Under the pieces are notes generated by a model, which saw nothing but the letters and a program-made list of their open reading frames with translations, was not told the DNA's origin and did not search any database. Made by a program: the position numbers and the translations under genes. A stretch of DNA of 64,000 bases from an uncultured Bacteroidales bacterium (lineage in GTDB: Bacteria; Bacteroidota; Bacteroidia; Bacteroidales; VadinHA17), in contig CAWJLF010000007.1 in NCBI GenBank assembly GCA_963843635.1, forward strand, positions 65,570 through 129,569, in the 5' to 3' direction. Every line of letters starts with the position of its first letter. Position 1 is the first letter of the stretch. Positions 30,642-41,090 of this stretch are shown here, in pieces.

Positions 30642-33090
30642 CTACATAGAAGGTTTTAATTCATTAATAACTTCTTTAGGCACAAGAGATACTGTTACCT
30701 TTTTCACCTTAAGATCACGTGCCAGAGTAAAAGAAGCGCTCTGCCTGATATCTTCTGATGAAGCCCCTATCTTAACTACATATTTACCTGCTTCTGCCAC
30801 CCAGGTAGATGACGGAGTATCGAATGAAGCCAGACTACGACTGGTAAGAGTGAATGTCATCGTCTGCGATTCACCTGGCTGCAGAAGTTTTGTCTTGGCA
30901 AAACCTTTTAGCTCTTCAGCCGGTTTGTCCAGTTTTGTAGCCGGAGCTGAGAGATAAAGTTCCACAACTTCCTTACCTGTCACACTTCCAGTGTTCTTAA
31001 CATCAACTCTTACAGTCAGGGTTTTACTGAATTTAGTTGAGCTTAGTTTCATGTTGCTATACTCAAAATTGGTATAGGAAAGTCCATAACCAAATTCATA
31101 AGCTGGCTTTACATTGAAGGTCTCATAATAGCGATAGCCAACATAAATACCATCGGTATATGTAACTTCTGCAGGCCTGCTTCTCTGGAAGGCAGCCATT
31201 GGGCCCTGATCGGCTGACTGTTCTGTGGGAAGTTCTTTTCCGGGGAATGAACCTGCCGAAGGAACATCTGCATATTTCATCGGGAAGGTGGTTGCCAGTT
31301 TTCCTGAAGGATCCACTTTACCACTCAGAATGTCTGCAATGGAATTACCTGTTTCCTGTCCACCCTGCCATGCTAAAAGGATAGCATCAGGCAGATCTCT
31401 CCAGCTGGCAGTTTCAACTACACCTCCAACATTCAGGATCACGACAACCTTTTTGTTTTTGGCATGAAAATCAGTAGTTACATCTTTAATAAGTTGTTGT
31501 TCCGCATCGTAAGAAGGAAATCGCCCTTTTCATCTTTACGATCCCTGCCTTCACCTGAATTTCTGCCGATTGTTATTATACCTACATCGGAGACATCAGC
31601 CATCCCATTTATAATATCATTATTCAAGGCCAGTTCATCAATTGGACCTGTACCCATAAATGCCATGAAGCCTCTCCTTGGCGGACGACCTGCCTTGGTC
31701 AGCTTGAGATAATTCTCATAGAGAGAACTAAGATCATCATTTACTTTATATCCTGCGTTTTCAATGCCTTCTATAAGCGAAACAGTGTAAGCTTCATTTA
31801 CATCACCACTACCGGTTCCACCTGAAATAATATCATACGAAGTGTTTCCAAAAGCAGATATATTCTTGATGGCTTTATCAAAAGGAAGTGTTCCTGAAGT
31901 GTTTTTGAGTAATACCATACCTTCTGATGCAGCCTGCCTTGTTACCTGGGCATGCGCATTAAGATCAGGTTTGTCTGAATATTTATAGCCTTTGAACCTT
32001 GGGCTTAAAAGCATGATATTCAGAATTCTGGTGACATTCCTGTCAAGTATCTTCTCATCCAGTTTCCCTTCCTTCACTGCATCAACAATCGTTTTAATCT
32101 GGTTAGGATTACCTGGCATAAGCAAATCATTACCGGCTTTCATCTGCGCAACAGGATCTTTTCCTCCAAACCAGTCGGTCATCACGTAACCCTTGAAACC
32201 CCAGTCTTTTCTCAATATATTGGTAAGCAGATCAGGACTCTCTGATGCATATGTCCCGTTGATCAGGTTGTATGATGACATAACCGTCCAGGGCTGACTT
32301 TCTTCTACCGTAATCCTGAATCCTTCGAGGTAGATCTCACGGAGAGCTCTCTCACTTACAATTGTATTGAGTGTATTCCTGTCTGTCTCAGCATTATTTG
32401 CATCAAAATGTTTAATGGAGGTCCCCACCCCTTCCGATTCCACACCGGTAACCATTGCAGCTCCCATCTTACCTGTAACATACGGATCTTCTGAATAATA
32501 CTCGAAGTTCCTTCCACACAAAGGATTCCGATGAATATTCATGCCTGGACCAAGGAGAACATCTGCTCCATATTCAAGAACCTCATTACCCATTGCCTGG
32601 CCTACTTTCTAACAAGATCCACATCCCATGTAGAAGCAAGCAAAGTACCAACAGGGAATGCTGTACAATAATATGTATTATCGTCACCAGGCCTGGTGGG
32701 ACTTATCCTCACACCAGCAGGCCCGTCTGTGAGGACCATTGGTGTAATGCCAAGTCTTTCAAGGGTAAATGATGTACCTGCAGCTCCGGGCACCAGTGCC
32801 TGTGTTGCTCCGACAACCGGACCTGCGGGAGCATTAGCCTGATTATTTCCCGGGGCGTTACCAGGTGCGTTACCTGGCCGATTGCCCTGACGATTATTGT
32901 TTGAAGATGGTGGCATACCCGGCATTCTCATACCTGTTCCAACAACGAGGCTGGCTTTTTCTTCAAGGGTCATTGCTGCAACAACTTTTGAAACCGGATC
33001 TTTCCCCAGTTTGGGACCACTTGTCTTTTGCGAGATCCCTGTTATACACAGCGAAACTGACAATACAGAAATTAACAAGACTTTTTTCAT
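30642..33090 (-). pseudogene. GH3 beta-glucosidase-like (BglX-type), split into three frames
   Basis: Fragments 32602..33090 (signal peptide, ...VLTDGPAGVR), 31478..32593 (NIHRNPLCGRNFEYYSEDP, GYVMTDW) and 30642..31442 (FGYGLSYTNFEY plus an FnIII-like end) together make a complete GH3. Confidence 0.85.
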
Positions 33091-33596
33091 ACGAATGATA
33101 TTAAATGATATTATAAGTGATTAATAATTGTATCAATAAGATTATTTTAAAAAAGTACAGATTATAAAAGTACTACAATACAATGTTAAGAGTTGTTAAA
33201 TCTTTCATAAAGTTACCGGGGTCTTTACTTATCTTAATATGATACTATAACACCTCTTATCACTGAAATGTTGAAGAGATCAATTTCATCATAAATGTAA
33301 GCTCCTGAACAATCCTGTAAAATTATTATAGAAGAAAAGGGTTGTTTTGTCGATGAACAGGTTCTTTTTACACCCTAATAAATACTTTGACCTTTTAGTA
33401 ATTACTGCCAGAATACTCTTCGATATAATGGGAATGACAACGAGAAGCCATAATCATAAAATATTGCATTTGAGCTGGAGATTTCCTTAGGTGATCTCGT
33501 CCCTGGAAACAGGGTCATGGTTCCTCATTAGGCGTCGCTACTAATGGTATTGACTGTGCAGGATAGGGACGTTGCAGTGCTGCATGGGAGATGCCT

Positions 33597-33668
33597 CATT
33601 CCGCTCTGCTTCATTCGGCATGACAGTGTCATTTATAATAGGGAGAGTGGGCGGGCAATGCCCGCCCA
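33597..33668. repeat. dispersed repeat copy plus a GC hairpin
   Basis: 33597-33630 is the reverse complement of 4633-4665 (28/33). tgggcgggca-a-tgcccgccca (33648-33668) forms a 10-bp-arm palindrome. Confidence 0.5.
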
Positions 33669-33692
33669 TCTTTCCTTATACCACAATGCCCT

Positions 33693-33993
33693 GTCATCCC
33701 GAGCTTTAACGAGCAGATCTCCTACTCCCTTTCAAACCTTAAACAACACTCCCTTACAGGGATCTCCTAGTCCCTCATCAGACCTTTAAAGCAAACATGT
33801 AATCCCGAGCTTTAGCGAGGGATCTCCTACTCCTTATCAGACCTTTGAAGCAAATTCATCCCGAGCTTTAGCGAGGGATCTCCTACTCCCTTATCAACCT
33901 TTGAAAGCACAGTCATCCCGCTTTAGCGAGGGCTCATACTCCCTTACGCTTTGAAAGCAAACATGTCATCCCGAGCTTTAGCGAGGGATCCCC
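33693..33993. repeat. tandem repeat of about six units of 53-58 bp (gtcatcccgagctttagcgagggatctcctactccc...)
   Basis: Units start at 33693, about 33746 (degenerate), 33799, 33857, 33912 and 33965. The whole unit repeats, so there are no unique spacers. Confidence 0.75.
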
Positions 33994-34024
33994 TTATTAC
34001 TTTCAATAAACTTCACGGAGATTT

Positions 34025-35299
34025 TTAGTCGGTGTTTTTACGGTAATAGACGGTGGACATGTTGCGGTCCCTGGCAATTAATACCCCGGACCTATCGATA
34101 AAGAGATCAATCAGGTTCTCATTTTCCCAGTAAGTTTGATAATGAACCAGATCGGACGATTTAAGTATCCCATATCCCGGGATCACGATATAATATGAAT
34201 TACCCCATTTGTTAAAAGTATTGTTAAACGCCGTTCCCCATTGAGGGTAAACAGTATAAACCTTGTCAAAAATGATACCATAATCTGTTGACCGGTATAT
34301 TGTATATCCATTTTCCTGTGTAACAATATAGATATTATCCATATTATCAACATAGAGCTTTACAGACATGCCGGGAGTAGTAATGGATGACCAGGTGGCT
34401 CCATTATCGAATGACCTGTAAAGACTGCAGCAATCGGAACCATGAAAAAGCATGGACCCGTCTTTCAACCTGAAGATATCTCCAAACCCAAAATTTGAAA
34501 TGCTTCCACCGGCATCGGTCCAGCTTGTGCCACCATCATCCGAAAACCTTACAGGGTGATCATAAGCAAAAGCCCAGATATAATTATCATTTGCCACATA
34601 TGTCTTTAAGTAATAATTAAGATCCGGGAACGGTTTCGTACACACATTCCAGGTAATCCCCTTATCAATGCTCTTAAATAAATCACCTGACCAGCTACTT
34701 GCATAAAAAACTCCGTTATGGTCAACATTTATACAATTGAATGAACTATTTGACATATTTATCACTTCCCAGTCAAAATAGTTTTCAGTCTGCCTGTATA
34801 ACATTCCTGAGGAAATCATTATCGTAATATGGTTTATGGTATCTGTTGCCATATCGATAATATTACCATCCGGGCTATTCGAAATGGCATCCCATTCATT
34901 GGTACTGAAACCATATGCAGTCAGATCAGCATAGGAAATGAAATTTTCTTTAGAGTCAAATATACTGGCTCTGAGTATTTGTGAAAAGGAGTCAGTTCCA
35001 AGTGTCCATTTAGTATAAGCTATTCCATTACTATTGGTATATGTTACAGTATGAGAAACACTACCTCCGCCGCTCTCAACCTCAAAAATCACTTTCAACG
35101 ACTCGGCAGTGTTGGCTGTTGTATGTGCCACCCAGAAAGGTATACTGTCGCCAGCTTCTTCACCTGCAAGGAATTTCTGCTGCTGATTGACCTGGTATCC
35201 GAAAGAATAATGATCCAGAAGTTCATAGGCAGGATCATGGTATTTCGTGCATGCCGGAATAATACATATAATAAGAATAAACCAAATTGATCTTCTCAT
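34025..35299 (-). CDS. BNR/Asp-box beta-propeller lipoprotein
   Basis: 424 aa with a lipoprotein signal (FILIICIIPAC). It carries repeated SxDxGxTW Asp-boxes: SIDKGITW, SDDGGTSW, SFDNGATW and STDYGIIF. Confidence 0.65.
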   Translation of the reverse strand: MRRSIWFILIICIIPACTKYHDPAYELLDHYSFGYQVNQQQKFLAGEEAGDSIPFWVAHTTANTAESLKVIFEVESGGGSVSHTVTYTNSNGIAYTKWTLGTDSFSQILRASIFDSKENFISYADLTAYGFSTNEWDAISNSPDGNIIDMATDTINHITIMISSGMLYRQTENYFDWEVINMSNSSFNCINVDHNGVFYASSWSGDLFKSIDKGITWNVCTKPFPDLNYYLKTYVANDNYIWAFAYDHPVRFSDDGGTSWTDAGGSISNFGFGDIFRLKDGSMLFHGSDCCSLYRSFDNGATWSSITTPGMSVKLYVDNMDNIYIVTQENGYTIYRSTDYGIIFDKVYTVYPQWGTAFNNTFNKWGNSYYIVIPGYGILKSSDLVHYQTYWENENLIDLFIDRSGVLIARDRNMSTVYYRKNTD

Positions 35300-35311
35300 A
35301 GTAAAAATCTG

Positions 35312-36700
35312 TTAAATACCTCGTGGAGGAAAAGTAATACCTAAAACCAGAGAGACGGTCCTGTTACGTATGGAGTGCTCTTCATATTGAGGGTGCTGTT
35401 GTTCAGATAAAGAAGGAGCATTAAAAATGTCCCTGAACCCTGTTGCATACTTCAAGGCAATACTTAATTCAGATGAACCCGGGAAAGGCAGAGTAAAACC
35501 TGAACTGAACAACCATCCGGTCTCATTGCTTTTTATAAGCCTGCTTAAATCATCATTAATATCAGTTTTTTGATAGCTATAATCACTGGCTGACCTGGTT
35601 TTGGTATAAGCTACCCCGGCGTTCCTGGCATTTAATCTTAAAGCCAGATACGGACCTGTATTAATGAAGATCCTTTGAGATTTCCCAACAGGCACATTTA
35701 TCAGAAGAGGAATTACCGCGTAATCAGTCTGTACCATGGCTTTGACATAAGACATCTGATATTCACTAACCTGATGCCGGTAAAACGATGAACTTGAATC
35801 CCTCATTGAATAGCCTTTCCTCTCAAATGTTGTACCAGTAATTAGAGATACTCCCCGGCCAAGCGGAAAATTCAAGGAAAAGCCAATTGAGGCACCTGTC
35901 ACAGGATAATACCTGTTCCCTTCAGAAGAGAATCCGTTCCAGGAAATATTCATCCCGGCTAAATAGGTTACTGTTACCTTACTGGTAGTACTGTCTTTAA
36001 CAATGCCTTGCGCATTTGTCTTTTTATTGGTGAAATTATAGTCAATGCCAAGCAAAAACTCACTATAGCCGTTCCTTAACTTATAGTTTTCAAGAAAAGT
36101 TTTCCTGCCGGCAATGTAATTCAAATCTATCCGGGCATTAAGGTTGTTTGTCACCTGATATTCCAGCCCTGAAGAAAAAAGATAACCGAAATCGATCTTT
36201 TTTGGTTTAATATCGTAGGGATAATAAGAGCTGTTTATTGAATTATCTTTTAAGAAGGAATAATATATGCCAGTCCGGATATTGAAATTTACCACTGAAG
36301 GTATTGTAATAGAGAACAATATAGGCAGTCTGACATAACCTATATTCATTATATACTGAGGATTATAATAAAAAGGAGCAATTGAATAATAAGATGGAAC
36401 TAAGGGATTAATATCGTAAAAATAAGGATAGTAGACCGGGTAGGTATATGTCTTGTATTCATAATAAACAGATGAATATCCCAGTCCCGTTTCAATGGTT
36501 ATGGTTTTATTAAAAGAGTATCCAAAAGATAATCCTGTTGAGGCCCCCGGTTTATGACTCCACTTACCACCAAAATCTTGCCCGTGGATATCAGAAATAT
36601 TAATTCCATTCCTAACACCTATTGTAAAATACTGAGAATAAGCAACTTTATTACTACACAAGAAAAGCAGTAAAGAACAAAGCAGAGTAATTGTTTTCAT
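35312..36700 (-). CDS. outer membrane beta-barrel protein
   Basis: 462 aa with a signal peptide. It has Tyr/Gly/Ser-rich alternating beta-strand patterning and a C-terminal aromatic-rich end. It lies 12 nt downstream of the propeller gene. Confidence 0.55.
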   Translation of the reverse strand: MKTITLLCSLLLFLCSNKVAYSQYFTIGVRNGINISDIHGQDFGGKWSHKPGASTGLSFGYSFNKTITIETGLGYSSVYYEYKTYTYPVYYPYFYDINPLVPSYYSIAPFYYNPQYIMNIGYVRLPILFSITIPSVVNFNIRTGIYYSFLKDNSINSSYYPYDIKPKKIDFGYLFSSGLEYQVTNNLNARIDLNYIAGRKTFLENYKLRNGYSEFLLGIDYNFTNKKTNAQGIVKDSTTSKVTVTYLAGMNISWNGFSSEGNRYYPVTGASIGFSLNFPLGRGVSLITGTTFERKGYSMRDSSSSFYRHQVSEYQMSYVKAMVQTDYAVIPLLINVPVGKSQRIFINTGPYLALRLNARNAGVAYTKTRSASDYSYQKTDINDDLSRLIKSNETGWLFSSGFTLPFPGSSELSIALKYATGFRDIFNAPSLSEQQHPQYEEHSIRNRTVSLVLGITFPPRGI

Positions 36701-36857
36701 TCAGGTTAGCAGGTTTTATCCTGTTTTAATATCAAAAATCATGCCGGATCAATCCGAAATAAACCAGGTTGAGATAAAAATTATCCGGTAAGCGGTATCA
36801 TGAATAAATGGATTACCGTTGATGGATCCATAATTAGTATTGCAATTCGAAGAATCG

Positions 36858-38297
36858 TCAGGCTTTACTCAATTCTGCATTGAGATTACGCTTATAGAGG
36901 ACGAACATGATAAGTGATGCAACAGAAGCTCCGATACCTGCAGAATAGGCTATTTCCTTTGACAGGGAAAAGCCTTCCGGGGCAAAGAGGATATAAGTTG
37001 TTATAACTGCAGTCATAAAAAGTGCCGGGATAAGGGTTATCCAGAAAGGCTTGTTTGCCTTAGTCAGATAGACTGTAATAGCCCATAGTACTACCATTGC
37101 GAGTGTCTGGTTTGCCCAGGCAAAATATCTCCATATAATACTGAAGTCTATTCTTGTAAGCAGGTAACCTATAGCGAACAAAGGTATACTGACAGCCAGC
37201 CTGTTCTTAATCGGACCCTGCCTGAAATTAAGAAAATCAGCTACGATCAGCCTCCCGCTTCTGAATGCTGTATCTCCTGAGGTAATGGGTGCTGCAACCA
37301 CACCCAACAGAGCGAGCGCCCCTCCAAGTTTCCCTAATAAAGAATTGGATATTTCATTAACAATATAGGCAGCATTACCCTGATTAGCGGTCATAACATC
37401 ATTCAGTCCATTTATGCTTCCATAGAAACTCATTCCTATAGCTGCCCAGATCAGAGCTACGACTCCTTCTGTGATCATTGCTCCATAAAAGACCCTTCTG
37501 CCTAATTTTTCATTTGTAATACAACGGGCCATCAGGGGTGACTGTGTGGAATGAAATCCCGAGATCGCTCCACATGCAATGGTAATGAAAAGCATGGGAA
37601 AAATCGGAAAATCATTACTTTCCGTGTGAAAATTCCTGAAGTTGGCAATATTTAATTCCGGAATGTGATAGCCTTTTATAAACAAAGCAATAATCAGTCC
37701 AAGGGCCATAAAGAAAAGGGCAAAACCAAACAGGGGATAGAGTTTCCCGATTATCTTGTCTATAGGTAACATTGTTGCAAGTACGTAATAGCCGAACACT
37801 ACCCATACCCAGAAGGTCATTGTTGCAAATGACGGGGTCATCCCTGCAAGAATCTTTGCCGGTCCCATTATAAATACTGCGCCCACAATTACCATGAGTA
37901 ATACTGTGAAGCCTCTCATGAACTGTTTAGTCCCTCGCCCGAGATAGATCCCTACAATCTCGGTTATGCTTAAACCATTATGTCGGATTGATAACATACC
38001 GGAAAAATAGTCATGCACAGCTCCCGCAAAAACTGAACCCAGCACTATCCAGAGAAAGGCAACAGGTCCCCACATTGCTCCGGCAATTGCACCAAATATA
38101 GGTCCAAGTCCTGCAATATTTAAGAACTGTATCAGGAAAACCCTCCACCATGGCATTGGTACATAATCCACCCCGTCATTCATCTTATAAGCAGGAGTCT
38201 GGCGACCAGGATCAATGCCTTCAATACGCTCAATATATTTTGAGTAGATAAAATATCCCAGAAGCAATATTAATATGGATACAAAGAAAGTGATCAT
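36858..38297 (-). CDS. cstA: carbon starvation protein A family transporter
   Basis: 479 aa and polytopic. GPIFGAIAGAMWGPVAFLWIVLGSVFAGAVHDYFSGMLSIRHNG matches the conserved CstA N-terminal block. Confidence 0.8.
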   Translation of the reverse strand: MITFFVSILILLLGYFIYSKYIERIEGIDPGRQTPAYKMNDGVDYVPMPWWRVFLIQFLNIAGLGPIFGAIAGAMWGPVAFLWIVLGSVFAGAVHDYFSGMLSIRHNGLSITEIVGIYLGRGTKQFMRGFTVLLMVIVGAVFIMGPAKILAGMTPSFATMTFWVWVVFGYYVLATMLPIDKIIGKLYPLFGFALFFMALGLIIALFIKGYHIPELNIANFRNFHTESNDFPIFPMLFITIACGAISGFHSTQSPLMARCITNEKLGRRVFYGAMITEGVVALIWAAIGMSFYGSINGLNDVMTANQGNAAYIVNEISNSLLGKLGGALALLGVVAAPITSGDTAFRSGRLIVADFLNFRQGPIKNRLAVSIPLFAIGYLLTRIDFSIIWRYFAWANQTLAMVVLWAITVYLTKANKPFWITLIPALFMTAVITTYILFAPEGFSLSKEIAYSAGIGASVASLIMFVLYKRNLNAELSKA

Positions 38298-38421
38298 TTA
38301 GTATGCTATAATTTACTTTTTTAAAATTACTATCAATAAGCTCAAAAAAATGAGTTTCAAATCAAAATTGCTAAATCTGCATATAAGTTTTAAAAAAGTC
38401 AATATATTATCTAATTCAAAA

Positions 38422-39855
38422 TCAGTTTGCCGAAATGATTATTTCATTACCAGGCTGAAGTGAAACTTCAGTATATGTAGTAACTCTGCCAGAGGGTCCA
38501 TATTCATAGGTAACAGGTAGTTTTTCATTCTCATTAAATAAAAAAGGAAATTGTCCGCTGAATCCTGCTTTAAGCCTGATAGAACGTGATCCTGAATTAT
38601 GAAAAACAGCTTTACCAGATCCTTCATAGGAAATGTCGAGATAGGTACCGAGCACAGGTAAATTTCTCAGCGCAGCACTATCAATATCAGTGGAATGGAA
38701 TAATGAAGTTACCACCCTGTTGTATCCGTCACAAGATATGCCCATTAAACCTTCAACAATTCCCTCAACGACACCAAATGACACCTCCGGATAATCTCTT
38801 CTTTTAGTGGACGGATCTGAACAGTAAAGGAGATAATGGTAAGCTTCCTTCCAGTATCCGTTTTTGTATAAAAGAAGTGGAAAATAAGATGTGTTTTCAA
38901 TATTCCACATACCTGAAGTCAGGTTCCTGATTACTGATTCTTTCTTTGATCCATTTTTTAATATATCAAACCAAAGCAAATAGACCTCGCCCTCGCCTTT
39001 TCCGAAGTTACCGTTAAATGAATACCATGTGTTAAACAGACATGCTTTACGATCCCACCAATCAGTATCAAGGGTCCTGAAGTATTTCTCAGCTAAAGTT
39101 CTGTAAATTGAGCTCTTCCCTATCAGGCCATTGGCATATAATATTTTTGAGTAGGAAATATTTCCCTGGTACAAAGCTGCAATCAGGTCAGCACTCATGA
39201 TGAGTCCGGGAACATTCTCCGCATATGAAGGTAACCCATAACCCTGATTGAATTTCTTTTGCAGAACTTTGCTGTTGTTAAGTGATTCCGGTCTTTCCAG
39301 CAATGAGTCCGGTTCAAGTTTCCATTTAGAAATATACTGGTTGAGTGATCTGTCAAAAAAATTAAGAAATCCCGGATCACTGATAAAGTACCTGTCACCG
39401 GTCCAGTTAAACAGACGCCAGCACGCATAAATAACATCACAATTAGCATCCAGATTATACCAGAAATCTTTGTCATTATTGTAGTCAACAGGAGCTGGCT
39501 TATTATATTTATTTATTTCCCAGTAAGTACACCAGTTCTTTGATTCGGAAATATTGGAAACGAATTTCGAAAACATATTTTTGTTTTCATTTTGCATGCC
39601 GAGAATCTCAGCTCCAATACATTGGTGCGATATGTCGCGGATGCAGAATGCGTCTCTTCCGGGAAGAGATCCTTCATACCACGGTCCGACGGGATCATCA
39701 TTACTCCTTCTGTATGAAAGAGCCTGCCTCTTGGCCCACAAGAAAGCTCTGTTAAGTATTGAATCGGATGAACTGAATGACAATTCAGGTACCTGACCTA
39801 TTGACAGGCAATCAAGAAGAAATATTATGACAACTAAAGAAAGAAGTCTTTTCAT
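38422..39855 (-). CDS. secreted hypothetical protein, possibly (alpha/alpha)6 glycosidase-like
   Basis: 477 aa with a signal peptide. It is Trp/Tyr-rich with helical-repeat character (PGRDAFCIRD, FWYNLDANCDVIYACWRLF) and a C-terminal beta domain. No confident family match from memory. Confidence 0.35.
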   Translation of the reverse strand: MKRLLSLVVIIFLLDCLSIGQVPELSFSSSDSILNRAFLWAKRQALSYRRSNDDPVGPWYEGSLPGRDAFCIRDISHQCIGAEILGMQNENKNMFSKFVSNISESKNWCTYWEINKYNKPAPVDYNNDKDFWYNLDANCDVIYACWRLFNWTGDRYFISDPGFLNFFDRSLNQYISKWKLEPDSLLERPESLNNSKVLQKKFNQGYGLPSYAENVPGLIMSADLIAALYQGNISYSKILYANGLIGKSSIYRTLAEKYFRTLDTDWWDRKACLFNTWYSFNGNFGKGEGEVYLLWFDILKNGSKKESVIRNLTSGMWNIENTSYFPLLLYKNGYWKEAYHYLLYCSDPSTKRRDYPEVSFGVVEGIVEGLMGISCDGYNRVVTSLFHSTDIDSAALRNLPVLGTYLDISYEGSGKAVFHNSGSRSIRLKAGFSGQFPFLFNENEKLPVTYEYGPSGRVTTYTEVSLQPGNEIIISAN

Positions 39856-39871
39856 CCCATTTTAAAACTTG

Positions 39872-40927
39872 CTATTTATATTTTTTTCTGAATTCCTCTG
39901 CATATTGATTGATTTCTGCTGGAGTAAGAAAGCCTCCTGAATTAATTAAAATCCTGTATCTGAACTTAGCCTTCTTCTTTGGAGGGATAGTAAAATTAAA
40001 TTCCTTTTCTCCGTTAGTGAAGTCGTACCAACCAAATGGATTTAAAGCAAACAATCCATATCCCCTGGCGTGCCAGTATGCAGGATAGCCGGGATTCTTC
40101 GGATGATCACATATAGCTATTGATACCTGTTCCGTCCCAATTATGCCCGTCAGGTTCATCCACCTTGCACGCGTCCCCCATACTTTCTCCCCTGTAATTC
40201 CTTCACTGCTTATGTAATTGCCTGTAACGCCTGAGTTTAAACTATCCTTTAGGTCCGAGGGTTTGCCATCAGCACCAAGAAGATTGATCCCTTCTTTTGA
40301 TGGCAGTTCCAGCTGGCGTGCAACCCTGATTGCAAAAAAACCTTCTTTGGTGTCTTTGAACAAAACAGCGGTATCGCCAGCATTAAGTGTTGTTATCCTG
40401 TCTATTATTCTAATAGATCCTCTGGCTGTAAAATGGTATTCCGACTTCTCATCCAGAATTCTTTTTCCATCGGGGCCCAGCCATTTTTCATCTGATACAA
40501 AATAACCTTCTCCGTTACTGCTGGATAATCTTTCTATCCTGAGATGTTTAATTACGCCCCCGTCAGGCTCTTTCATATTTCTGTAACCGTTTCCCCAGAA
40601 GTCAACACCATTAACATTACCATAATTCAACCAGATACCGGTCTGGTGGATATGATCAAACCTTTCTCCTGGCCGGGGATCCAGCGGAAATCCCCTTGTT
40701 ATCACTGTGCCGGCTGAAGTGTAAACAGGGTACAGGATCGGTTTATAAACACTGTCGGGCCAGCAAAACGATGTAAAAAGCTTACCATCAACAAGAACAT
40801 CAAGCTTCTTTTCAGTTTGCCGGTTAATAAAATCAATTTGTGCTGCTGACTCCCCGCCGTTTTTATTATGACAGGATGGGAATAGCCCCAGACCAATAAG
40901 TATTATGATAAATGTCCTTAATCTCAT
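39872..40927 (-). CDS. PmoA-family (DUF6807) lipoprotein
   Basis: The likely start MRLRTFIIILIGLGLFPSC is a lipobox. KPILYPVYTSAGTVITRGFPLDPRPGERFDHIHQTGIWLNYGNVNGVDFW matches the DUF6807/PmoA-like core. It is adjacent to a Gfo/Idh/MocA gene, as is usual for this family. Confidence 0.65.
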   Translation of the reverse strand: MRLRTFIIILIGLGLFPSCHNKNGGESAAQIDFINRQTEKKLDVLVDGKLFTSFCWPDSVYKPILYPVYTSAGTVITRGFPLDPRPGERFDHIHQTGIWLNYGNVNGVDFWGNGYRNMKEPDGGVIKHLRIERLSSSNGEGYFVSDEKWLGPDGKRILDEKSEYHFTARGSIRIIDRITTLNAGDTAVLFKDTKEGFFAIRVARQLELPSKEGINLLGADGKPSDLKDSLNSGVTGNYISSEGITGEKVWGTRARWMNLTGIIGTEQVSIAICDHPKNPGYPAYWHARGYGLFALNPFGWYDFTNGEKEFNFTIPPKKKAKFRYRILINSGGFLTPAEINQYAEEFRKKYK

Positions 40928-41090
40928 TGATATAAAATATTCATGTCGGACAAAAATGCAGCAGGTATGGTTCGCGATAAGTGGAGACGGGTTCAATGTC
41001 CCGGGTCATGGAAAGAAATACCGCAAAATCAGAGTACAAACTGCAACTTCACTTAATTATTACTAAGAGCAAACTGAAAAGGCACCATAT

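Noticed and set aside
33544-33789. 81-aa ORF across the dispersed and tandem repeats
   Set aside because: It simply reads through repeat units and the GC palindrome (..GRAMPAH..). It is a translation artefact of repetitive DNA.
33693-33993. Possible CRISPR array, because of regularly spaced repeats in a non-coding gap
   Set aside because: The entire 53-58 bp unit repeats head-to-tail, so there are no unique spacers between short repeats. The units are degenerate. No cas genes are present in the window. It is a plain tandem repeat.
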